Shown here one piece after another: positions 52,898-64,000 of a stretch of 64,000 bases of DNA. Each line of letters starts with the position of its first letter. Position 1 is the first letter of the stretch. The DNA is taken from contig CM052816.1 of assembly GCA_028534125.1 (NCBI GenBank), positions 66,404,001 to 66,468,000 on the forward strand. The letters run 5' to 3'. The translations under genes were made by a program, and so were the position numbers. Source of the DNA: Lama glama. Taxonomy: Eukaryota. The notes below the pieces were generated by a model. The model made no database searches and was not told where the DNA came from. It saw only the letters and a program-made list of their open reading frames with translations.

Positions 52898-55800
52898 GGT
52901 ATGTCAAGGGCATATAAACAGGAAGACTGGTTGAAAATCCAAGTCCCTGCGTCTCTTCTTGACCTTGCAGAGCCAAGCAGCCATCTTTCCCACATACAAT
53001 TTCTTTAGAACAAAATGAAGTTTAAAAATAAAAAAGTCATCAAACATTCTGGACATTCATACATCCTATATGCAGATGCCAATTTATAAAAATGAAAGGG
53101 CCTCCCTCTTAGCAAGATGTAAAGACTCCTTTAAATCTTTTCTCCTGGATATGGATAAAATATATATGCACTTTCTCATCATTTCTTGGTAGCAAGAAAT
53201 ACCAGACATTGTGTTCTCAAATACCTGCTCTCTAGAGTTGGATATATTTCTATTCAAGAACACAAAATTAAATCTTCACTAGATTCAAGATTTCTAAACC
53301 TGGGACATGCAAAATTAAAATATTTAAGGTGGGACCAGGTATCTAATTTTTTAAATCACCCCATGTGATTCTTTTAGTCAGTCAGATTTGGACTGACCAG
53401 TGCCCACATGGAAGCCAGGGCAGGTGTCCGCTGTCATGTCCTCAGTGATGTATGTAAGAGGAGAGGGAGGAACCCGACAGGTAGGTCCAGATCCATGGGA
53501 TGTAGAAACAGGATCCTAGCATTCTCCCCATAATGTTGACTCTGCAGAGAGGGTCTCTACCCTAGAATGCCCAGCCTGCTCCAACAAGCTGAATTCTGAG
53601 AAATGTGTTAATTATCTCTGTCCTGGTAGGAGCCAGAACGTTCTGAGGGCCAGTGATACAACTGACTGTGAGCTCCCTGCCAGGCTCTGCGGAGGCACAG
53701 CCTCATAGGAGGTAGTAATCCTGTTCTTAGAGCACATGCAGCTCTGCTCTGTTCAGCTCTGTGGAACGTAGCCTTGACTTTCCTCATCAGTCATTTTTAC
53801 AGATAACACACAGTAAGACTTTACTTTCCTCCACTGCATAAGAAAGCACCCGACAGTGACAGGAGGCCAGTGTCCAAACTGAAACCACAAAATGAAGAAA
53901 ATCTCTTGCAAGAATATCTCTTCTTGAGAAGAAAGAATACCCAGTGGTATAAGGGGAAGCCTCTCTTAAAAACACATACTAAAATACTCTAACAATCCCC
54001 ACTGGGGGACAAAAAAACTAAATTTTAATCTTAATATGTGTTTCCCCTCAAAATTTCATGATTAAACATTTTAAAATAGTTTAATGTTAGTTTTAAACAT
54101 TTAGTCCTTGAAAAATGCCTCCAGGGATTTGCTATGGATTACTTCTAAATCTCAACATTTCTCTTCCCTTATTCCATTCATCCAGGTAGGTCAGATATAG
54201 GAGCAAACACCACGTGGTCCACGCACTTATGAGACAAAGGAGCAACCTGGACCATTCTGGAGGAACCTGGTGGGTTAGCAGTCTACTTAGTTGTGTAGTA
54301 TCCAGACTGTGCAATTGAAATGATCTACAGCGCCACTTTTCTAGTTATAATCATCCCTGCTTTTCATTCAAAAGCTACTGCTACTATTATTTATACACAG
54401 AACAAGCTAGCCCAAGCACACTTACAAAACAGCATTCACATGTACAGGTGTGCTGGGTTTCCATTGTCCCTTTTCATCAGTCCTACTACTCAGACAGGTG
54501 TTCAGTGAATCAAACATTCAAAAGAAAAACCATCTTTTATTACAAACACCACAGATGTGTATCACATGGGAGTTACGGCTTGCTAAGTGATACTTAACAT
54601 GTGCTTTCCTAAAGCTCTTTAAGGCTCCTAAAGCTATGGTCGTTTTAGCAGAAATTGTTCTTCCATGTTGACAAGCAAGATTCTCTAGTTGATGAGACTC
54701 AGACGTGCATCTGAGTCACTCTGGAAAACTAACAAATAATTCAACTAAAAGCAGGTAGACTAATGATGAGAGGCTCAGTGCTTCACCTCTTAAAGTTACA
54801 TTATGATTTGGGTTCCCAGACCATGAAAAGCTGAGCGTGTAGGAGTAAAATGACTATGGTTCCAGGGTTGTCTCAGTTAGGAGCCCAAGTAGGCACAAAA
54901 TGAAGCTCTTTTAGGCTTGTATGAGCTAAATTCCTAATGCTAAACCCAATCCAATCAGCTTACAGAAAAGTTTATCAGGGACCCACCAAACTTGTCTTTT
55001 TACCAGTCATTAGGCAACTGAAGGCCCAGAACATTCACCCTTATGGCTTCACTGTTTAGTGGACAGAAGAATATTTCATGACCTCAGCAAAAGTGACATA
55101 ACTTTTCAAACCAATCTGAAACATGTTGCCGCTGGAAAAGGCATTTGGTTTCTGCAGAGTTGAAGCTGTTAAGGAATATATTAATTGGCAAAATAAAGCA
55201 ATTGTTTAAATAATTTTATTTTTACAATTTTGAACCTTGTCCAAAGTTTTGAAAGTGTCATGAAGCCCACAATTTTATTTGAAAAACACGAAGAAAAAAT
55301 ATAGCATCACAAAAACAATGATCACAGAAACATTAAATGATAGAAATTGTAATGGGAACATAAATATTTCCCCCAGAAACCTATAAGGAATAATGCAAGT
55401 ACTAATATGATTATTTACATTTCAACATCAGCTTTTCTATAAGAAGTCACTGTGCTTTCTTGGTTCTGCACAATACTGTAAATGAGTCTTATTATAGACT
55501 CTTCTAGTACTCAAATATCTCATCTCAAGAGAGTGTATTTATCTTTCTACAGCAACACAACATGCTTCTAGGGTAAAGAAAGCCAACATTGAGCCTAAGA
55601 GCAAAAGTACAATATCTGAAATGAATAATTCCTCAATAGGTTTAAAAAAGGCTGCAGATGGCAGAAGAGAGGGTCAATGAACTTGAAGATAAATCAACAG
55701 AAATTGTACAACTGACAAAAAGGAAGAAAAAAAGAAAGAAAAAGGAATGGAGCCACAGTGATTTGTGGAACAATATCTGAAATCTAACATATGTGTAATT

Positions 55801-57250
55801 GGAGTCTCAGAAGAAAAAAGAACGGAATGGGATGGAAAAATAGTTAAAGACATAATGGCTAAATAGTCTTCAAATTTGGTGAAAAGCATAAATTTACATA
55901 TCAGAAGCTAATTCAAAGCCCTACGTTGACTAAATATAGAGAAAATTACCTCTGGGCACATCATAGTCAACTGTTCAAATTCAAAGTTAAACATTAAATC
56001 TTGGAAACAGAGGAAAGATGATGTATTATATACAGGTTACAGTAATACGAAGAACAGATATTCACATTATCTGCTGGCGGGCAGGAGACACTGAAACAAC
56101 CTAAAGTACTGAAAGAAAAAAAAATCAACCAAAAATTTTATATGCAGCAAAATTATTCAAAAATAAAGGAAAAATAAAAATTTTATTCTACATTTATTCA
56201 AAGGATTATAATATATATATCAATGTTTAAAACTAAAATAAAACTGTGATGGGGGTTTATAACAAATGCAGATGTAATATATGTGACAACAATTTCACAA
56301 AGAATGAGGTAAATAAAATTATATTATTGGAAAGTAATACAATACTAAGTAGATTATATAGCAAGCTGAAGAGGCATATTATAACCCTTAGAATAAACAC
56401 TAAAAAATGCATAAATTTATAGTTAAATAGCCAATAGAAGAATTAAAATAAAATATTTAAAAGTATTTAAGCAAAAGAAGGCAGGAAAGAAGAAACAGAG
56501 AGACAACAACAACAAAAGAAAAACAGGTTAATAAAACAAATAGCAACAAGGTAGCTTTCAATCCAACCATATTGATAACTGCAACATACAAAAATGGATA
56601 AAAATTCCAATTAAAAGGCAGAGATTTTCCAGACTGGATGAAATGCAAGACCCAGCTATATTATGACCACAAGATTTACACTTTAAACATAAAGACACAC
56701 ATAAGTTGAAAGTGAAAATATGAATATATACTTATTTTATATATGTGCACGAGAACACTATTAAGAAAGCAAGAGTATCTGGGTTAACATAGACTATACT
56801 CAGAAATTTGTGGGAGTCAACTAAAGTAGTACTTAGAGATTCATCATTGTAAATGCTATATTTAGATTTTAAAAAGAAATATTTAAACTCAGTGATTAAA
56901 TTTCTCTTAGAAGCTTGATAAACAAAAAGCTTCTACGAAGTACAAGGAACACAGTTGCTTTTAAAAGCCCAAGTCAGTAAAATATAAAATATACAACAGA
57001 AAAGTTAACAAAGGCAAAAGTTGGTTATTTGAGGACATTGATAATATTGATAAATATCTAGTAAGACTGGTGAGAGAGGGAGGATTCATATTATCAGTAA
57101 TAGGAATGAAAAAGAGGATATCTTTACAGATCTTAGAGAAATGTAAAGAAAAATACTTAAAACAATTTTATGGCAATAAATTTGAAAAATCAGGTGAAAA
57201 ACATAATTTACCAAAACTGGCCCAAGATGAAATAGAAAATTTTATATAGA

Positions 57251-57788
57251 TACAATTAATTTTCTATTGCTGTCATAATGGATGTTTAAAACAATACCCA
57301 ATCATTATTTACTGAGCCAGAAGTCTGGACACAGTCTTCTGCTCACACTGCTTAGGACTTACAAGGCCAAAATCAATGTGTCAGCTGGGCTGGATTCCTA
57401 CCTGGAGGTTCTAGAGAAGATTCTACTTCAAAGCTCTTTCAAGTTGTTGGTAGAATTTAGTTGCTTGTGGTTATAGGACTGAAGTCTCTATTTCCTTGAC
57501 ATGTAGCCTTCTTCATCTTTATGCCAACAATCCTCATGCTTCAAATTTTTTATTTCCCTTTCTGTCAGTCTCTTTGACTCCAGCAAGGGAAAATTCTCTG
57601 CTTTTAATGGCTGATGGTGATTAATTGGGCCCACCTGAGAGTCCAGATTAATCTTATTTTAAAGTCCATAACATCAGTTACATCTGCAAAGGCGCTTTTT
57701 CTATGCAATATAATTTATTCATATGTTCCAGGGATTAAGCCACAGACATCTCTGCAGGTGGTAGGGGGAAGCTATTCTGCCTAACACA
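57251..57788 (-). mobile_element. MaLR solo LTR (MLT1D-like) nested in L1
   Basis: ttctattgctg...aaggccaaaatcaatgtgtcagctgggctg...tacatctgcaaag...tattctgcctaacaca. Probable TSD ataga / atata. Confidence 0.85.
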
Positions 57789-57799
57789 ATATATTAAAG

Positions 57800-57882
57800 G
57801 GAGATGGATAGGTGATAAATAGATAAATAGATAGATGGAAAGATACCTAGACAGATGGATAGAATAGATGGATGATAGAGAT
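57800..57882. repeat. Degenerate (GATA/GATG)n simple repeat
   Basis: gatggataggtgataaatagataaatagatagatgg... Confidence 0.7.
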
Positions 57883-60800
57883 ATTTGTATATCAAAAAAG
57901 TTGAATTTGTTTTAAAATAATTTCCACAAAGAAACTCCAGGTTCCAATGGCTTCACTGATAAACTCTTATCAAACACTTTAAGGACCAAAATATATTGAT
58001 CCTATACACCGAAATCATTCAGAAAACAGAAGGGAAATGAACACTTCTCACTTGTTTTATAAAGTTGCATAATTCCAATATTATAATCCCATAAAGGCAT
58101 TAAAAAATCATATACCAATATTCATTATGAACATAAATGCAAAAGTCTTCAACAAAATATAATCAAACTGAATCTAGCAATGCATATAAGGCAATACATC
58201 ATGAGCAACTGGGATTTATCTAAGGGATGTCAGATTAACTTAAAGAATCAACCAGTATAATCCAACAGAATAAGGAAATAAACCATGTGATCACCCCAAT
58301 AACTGCAGAAAAGGTATCTGATACAAGTCAGCACCCATTTATGTTAAAAACAAATACTCTCAGCAAACTAAGAATCAGAAGAAATTTCCTCTATAGGATG
58401 AGGGTATCTATACCAAAAACAGCAACAACAACAACAACAAAACCATTACAGCTAACCTCGTAACTAATGGTGAAAGATTGAAGGCTTTCCCCCCAAGATT
58501 GAGAATAAGATAAGAATGTCCGCCATCACTTCTACTCAACATTGTACTAGCTGTCCTAGCCTGCAGAATAAGACACAGGAAAGAAAAAAAAAAAAAAAAG
58601 AGGTCATTGGAAAGAAAGATGTAAACTGCCTCTATTAGCAAATGATACAAATATTTATGTAAAAATCCTTAAGGAATCTAAAAAAAAAACGAATAAGAAA
58701 TAATAAATAAATGTAGTAAGGTCTCTGGACACAGTTAAGACACACAGGTCGTTAAGTATAGAGTCCAGATATAGATCCCACCTATAATGATAACCTAGAT
58801 TTCATCAAAATAAAAATTCTCATCAAAAGACACTATATTACAGTACGAGAATTCAAGGCACAGACTGGCAGAAAATAATTTTAGTATATTTAAAGAACCA
58901 GTTTCAAAACTACATAAAGATCTCCTACAGTAAACGATAAAAAGACAACATCCCCCCTCCCCAAAAATGGACAAAAAGCTAAAGAGACAATAAAAGGAAG
59001 ATTAACAAATGGCCATTAAATAGATTAAAATATGCTGAACAGCATGATCATCAGAAAAATGCAAATTCAATCATGAGATACCATAAACACCCATTAAAGG
59101 GGTCAGAATTTAAAAGGCCACTAACACCACACACTGTTGAAGATGTGAAGCCACAACAATGTTCATTCATGGCTGGTGAGAATGTGAAATGGTACCACCA
59201 TTTTGGCTAAAGATTTGACTATATCTTATAAAGTTAAACATACACTTAGCTTTTCCCAAGCAATTCTACTTCTAGGTATTTACCCAAGAGAAACGAAAAC
59301 ATATTATTATGAAAAGACCAATATGATAATGTTTATAGCCTTCGTTATAATGGACCCAAATGAAAAACTTCAAAGTCCATCAACAGGAGGATGGATTTCA
59401 AATTGTAGTAGATTGACACCACAGTAGCATATGCATCAATAAAACAAAGTGAATTACTTATATATGCAACATGAATGAATCCTATACACATTAAACTGAG
59501 CAAAATAAGCCAGACTCAACAGTACATACTGTATGTTCTGCAGTATGTTCGTATTGTAAGTTACACAGAACTATATGGAGTTCTAGAATAAACAGGACTA
59601 ATTTATAATGAAAAAAGTCAAGACTTTACTGTGTTGGTAGATTAACTGGAAAAAGAAAGGAATGAAGGAATTTTGGAGGCTGATTGGAAATGTTCTATAT
59701 CTTTACAGTGGTATGTGTTACACAGCTGTATCTACTTAACAAAATTCGTCCAATTGTTCACTTAAGATTTATACATTTCAATGTATAGAAATAGCTCCAA
59801 AACTGTAAATAAACAAATGAAAATGCTAAAAATAAATCTATATAATTCCAAGTAAATCTAAAAGATGTAATCTTCACAGATCATAGTACATAAGGTAATA
59901 AACTATGACCTATTAAGAGGGTTCCTCCAGAACCCCTGGGCACGATCAATGAGTGAAAAATGGGGGAAATGATTGGACAACCTTTAACCTAAACAGCATT
60001 TTTTTTCAGGTGGCACAACTGTTTATGCTTAGTAAATTGAGTGTCCTTGGTATAAGAATATTCTCAGGAAAATCTAATCCTTAGCATAAAAATATATTTC
60101 CTTCTTGTAATATGATGGTCAGGAAAGGAGTCTACAGTTCCAGTATAAGCTCAGAATGGCAGAGGAAAATTGTGGTTATGTCCAGTAATAAATCCACAAC
60201 TTCTTGGACTGAAAAAGTGAAAATGGAAAATCATTTCTACACTGCAGAAATTTATTTTTTACTATAATTACCCTCTCTATCCTCCATTTTCCTTTACAGA
60301 AAAGTGGATACTTCGAAAATTTGCTCAAATGGAGTAAGAAAGTTGTTCTTTTTTCTCCAATGTCAATGGAAATTTTCTGTTTCTTTAAGTGATGAGGACT
60401 AAATTTCCATTTCTTATAAAGTGATCATCTTCGAGGCTGGATGTGGTTAGAAATTTGACAATAAAAGGCAACAATGCCATATACCCTCCACCGCCAAATG
60501 AATGAATGATATTTAGACTTTGACTCTTTGTAAGTTGTTTTTGTTATACAGTATGGCTGTATTTAGTATCTATCGTGGTTTTTCACCTCAACTTCATTTT
60601 CAGCCTACACCTATATTCTTTCTTCAGTCTCCTCATTTTTAGCCAAATAACTTTTTTTTGGCACTCTGCTCTGTGCTTTGGGTAGTTGTTTTTCTTTGAA
60701 GACTCTTCCTAGTTAGAAGGTTCTGCATTTATGAGATGACCCTAGAAAGCTTGTGGATGACAAAACTGAAGTTGAAGCATTTAAAAAGACAATGAATTCC

Positions 60801-61489
60801 ACTTTAGTCCTACAAGAGAGTAAGTAAATCTGCAAGAAATTCAAATCCAGTAGGCAGAAAGCAAGGCATTTTTAAAATATTCGCCCTTCTCAAATATGTG
60901 GTTTGGCTTACATAAGATATTTTTATAAACAGAAGAGTCAATTTTCTTCTTCTGAACTAAATGAATGAATCAAATTATATCAATAGTGCCCCTATTCTTT
61001 ACATCACCATTTTGTGTCTTCTAGAGGAACCCAAAATAATAAAGGAAAGAACACAGTCTTTCTAGAAATCTGGAAAATTTTGAATTTACCGTGTTGGGAA
61101 AGTTATTTAATCTCAGTAAGGTCTGGTTATCTGCCTGTATTTAGGGTAATGATGATCTCTAGGACTGTTTTATATTTAATACACACACTGAGATCTGAAT
61201 GCAAGACACAGTGCTTGGCACAGACAAAGCACTAGATAAACTGGAATTTGCTCAATCTGACTCCTGAATCAAATGGCAATTTGTTCATGAGAGTCCTGCC
61301 TTGAAGTCATGAGCATTGCTAATCCCCATTTCATTTGGCCCTCAGTATTTATGGATGCACTGAATGAGAAAACACAAAATGACCATCTCGTGCATTAAAA
61401 TTCTAGCCCATGACTTGCAACACTTACCAAATGCTATTCTGGTTACTTAATTGCAAAGGAAATATAGACAGCAAAGACTATTACTGTTT

Positions 61490-61625
61490 TTACTTTAATG
61501 GCCACTATAAAACAACAATTATTATCCCTCATTTTGTGTCAACTCAGAGAGAAATACTCTTGAGAAAATTTGCACATATCAAAGACAACTGTCTTGAACA
61601 GAACACCAAGCTACTTATATAGGCA
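61490..61625 (-). mobile_element. Degenerate MIR fragment
   Basis: attattatccctcattttg...gagaaata...aatttgcacatatc. Confidence 0.45.
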
Positions 61626-63419
61626 CATGAAATACTTTTTAAAGGACATTAAATAACTTTTAAAGGCATCTTTGATTTAAGAAAAAATAAGTAAATTAGG
61701 AAATCAAGAATTAAAGAGTTCATTTTGTTTCATATGAATCAATGAACTATTTTTAAATGGGGAAAAGAATCTTTTAGGATAATGAAACTACAGAATGAGG
61801 TTTTGCTTATGACTCATTTCCAGAAACCTAAGTAAAAACTTAGAAGCATATATTTAAAATGATGATGTGGTTCCGTCTTTAAATCGGGGAAGAGGGGGGA
61901 GAAACAACTATTTGTTTGCATTTTCATATATTAAAGTCATCTGAAATGTGATTATGATTCAGAAGCATGGGTGCTGAGACATTACTGGCCACTTAAAAAT
62001 ATATATAAAGTATGTTTATAGTTTGCATTCTTCCTGTTATTATATATGTTTGAAAAACAGTAATTGAGAAAGGGTCACCTTAACAACAATTTACTTGTTA
62101 AATTAAATCAATAAATGAGCTTTAACTAAACATACTACAGAAAACAGTCTTTGAGTTTTTTATATGTACATATTTTTTCATGATAGCATTTGGGCATTTT
62201 AATTTTTAAACTTCAAAAATCAAGTTCAATGAATAAAATACATCATAAATAACTCCATCCACAAGCAAATTAGTTTTGTTACCTATTTTTATATTAATTA
62301 TGCATTAAAGTTCTGACTAAAATACGGAATTACAATGCTTACAACAACAAAGTTAGTAAGAAATATTTAAAATATTTCTTAAGGCAGGAATTTCATACAG
62401 CTTTGTAACATTTTAATGACCTTTCTGGACATCCTAAGCAATTATCATAAGAAAATAAAAATCAAGATGCAATGTGGTTGATTTTTTAGTAAATTATTTT
62501 GACATAAAGACTTCAGTGCATATAAGGGGTTGACATTAAATGCTAACAATCTACTTTCAAAGTCTACTGTCAATGTTTACTTATAATCAAATATGATTAA
62601 TTTAGCCAGTTGGCTTCTGGCAGTACCTCCAATAATGGGAAATTATCATAAGCCAATATATCTTGATTGCAACAGCCTGTACCTTTATTGTCTATCCAGA
62701 TTCTTTTCACATCAAGTCTTTAATGAAAAACTAAGTCACAAATAGAGGTATCAGAAGATACACAATGGGGCAACTGTTCTCTGGTACAAATTAAATTTTC
62801 AATAACTGACATAGTAATTTGAGGGCTTCCATTATATAATCCTTCAACAAACAATTAAATTCGGCAGATTTTTTTCACTGAACAGTCCAGTTAGTATATA
62901 TCTTAACATACACAGCCCATACTATAAGCGAAAAGTAAACTGAAGCATAGGTTTAAAGCACAATTTTTGAGGAGATAGTTTGAAACATTTAAGCACGAAT
63001 TAAAGTCAAATATTTATATTGTTGGATTGGGCAGCACAGGTGGACTCTCAAGAGAGACAACACCTTCCAAATGGTGTGTTCCATTCTCCTCTCAATCTCA
63101 TTCATAAAGTGTCTTTCTGTTATGCAATGGGAGCACTCTGCTTGGTAATGAACACAGGCTGATTTTTAGCGTTAACTGGTTGTACACACAAACAAGAAAG
63201 CATCACTCATCCTTACTTAAAAACAAAACTTAAGCAAGATGCTTAAGCAGAGGCACCGCTGCACCAGAGTCAAAGGAAGCAAACATAAGAATGTGACTGA
63301 AATAGGGAACAGGGAACGTACAACAAATGAGCACATCACCCAGGAAAGCTCAGAGGAGAGTCTCCGAAACGCAGGAGTAAACCAGTTGTGTGGTTTACAG
63401 CAATAAAGGGCTTGCATCT

Positions 63420-64000
63420 TACTGGGATGAGTCAAGCCCCAACATGTTCGCTATTTTCCGCTGATTCTAATAGGACGCTAATTGAAGAAAGGGAACTTTG
63501 CGGACCCTAACATTGGCTTCTCCTCTCTTAACGCGCACTTAACCAATTGGTATGCTCTCTATTCGGACTCCAATAGAGAGGTCGCAACCCCCAACCCGGC
63601 CTTAAGTTCGTGCGTTTAAACCGCGATCACAACCAAGGAAGCCTGGAGGGGTAATCAATGTCAATACAAGACTGCATGTTCCTCTGACTTTTGTTTGCTC
63701 AGGTTTACGTTTTAGACACTCATCTTCCTTGCAAATCCTAGGAAGATAATGTACATTCCTATCCCTTATCAAAACGGCCCCAATCATAGGCCTGAGGAGC
63801 GCAGAGCACCCCAGTTCTGTGCCCAGGACCAAGTCAGCCGCATCCCCGCGGGTGGTCGCCTAGACCTGCCTTTAGGTCGGGCACAATTTGTGCATGGAGC
63901 GAGGGAGAAAGCACTCTCTCAATTCCTCCCGAGGCCACACTTTCTGTATAGACCCACCTGCATGGGAGCTTCGTGTCTCATTGTTCGCAAAGTGTCCTTT
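63420..64000 (-). promoter_or_regulatory. CpG-enriched promoter-proximal region (probable CpG island edge) at RAB3C exon 1
   Basis: About 25 CpGs in about 580 bp by manual count, against CpG depletion elsewhere. Contains AP-1 TGAGTCA (63428-63434) and a CCAAT palindrome ACCAATTGGT (63542-63551). Confidence 0.7.
63958..63981 (-). CDS. RAB3C: RAB3C coding exon 1 (MRHEAPMQ); 5' UTR continues to the window end
   Basis: Reverse complement reads ATG AGA CAC GAA GCT CCC ATG CAG|GTGGGT. This is the known RAB3C N-terminus MRHEAPMQ followed by a GT donor at 63957-63956, with A at -3 of the ATG. Confidence 0.95.

Larger units (their letters stand above)
55580..59820 (+). mobile_element. Old L1 (L1MC/ME-like) with ORF1, internally deleted ORF2 and 3' UTR, interrupted by MLT1D
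   Basis: ORF1-like tctaacatatgtgtaattggagtctcagaag; ORF2-like aaactccaggttccaatggcttcactg and cacttctactcaacattgtact; 3' UTR ggaaatgttctatatctt. No intact ORFs. Confidence 0.9.
44512..63957 (-). other. RAB3C: RAB3C intron 1 (19,446 nt, GT-AG)
   Basis: Bounded by the exon 1 donor and exon 2 acceptor; splicing joins Q8 to M9 in frame. Confidence 0.92.

Noticed and set aside
54209..54218. Palindromic E-box ACCACGTGGT
   Set aside because: Single short motif without supporting context.
55674..59427. Short ORFs with L1-like peptides (e.g. AILLLGIYPRE)
   Set aside because: Fragments of a decayed L1; no intact ORF1 or ORF2.
1..64000. CRISPR array, operon, prokaryotic or viral coding system, or foreign insert
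   Set aside because: No regularly spaced repeats and no dense coding region. The CpG-rich right end, at first suspected to be foreign, is explained by RAB3C exon 1 and its promoter flank.

Overview
Mammalian genomic DNA, most likely camelid: it carries two Vic-1-type tRNA-derived SINEs, and I saw no Alu, B1, Bov-tA, PRE1 or SINEC elements. The window holds the 5' part of RAB3C (neuronal/neuroendocrine Rab GTPase) on the minus strand. Coding exon 1 is a 24-nt segment missed by the ORF track (63958-63981, MRHEAPMQ). It is followed by intron 1 (19,446 nt), the 228-nt exon 2 (44284-44511) and more than 44 kb of intron 2 running off the window start. The rest is intronic and rich in interspersed repeats (L1, L2, L3/CR1, MIR, MaLR/ERV LTRs, hAT MITEs). 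Repeat subfamily names come from recalled consensus sequences and boundaries are approximate. No new biological system is evident. The best second-look items are a probable L1 3' transduction, the stop-free phase 0-0 exon 2 flanked by inverted SINEs, and several candidate neuronal regulatory motifs.
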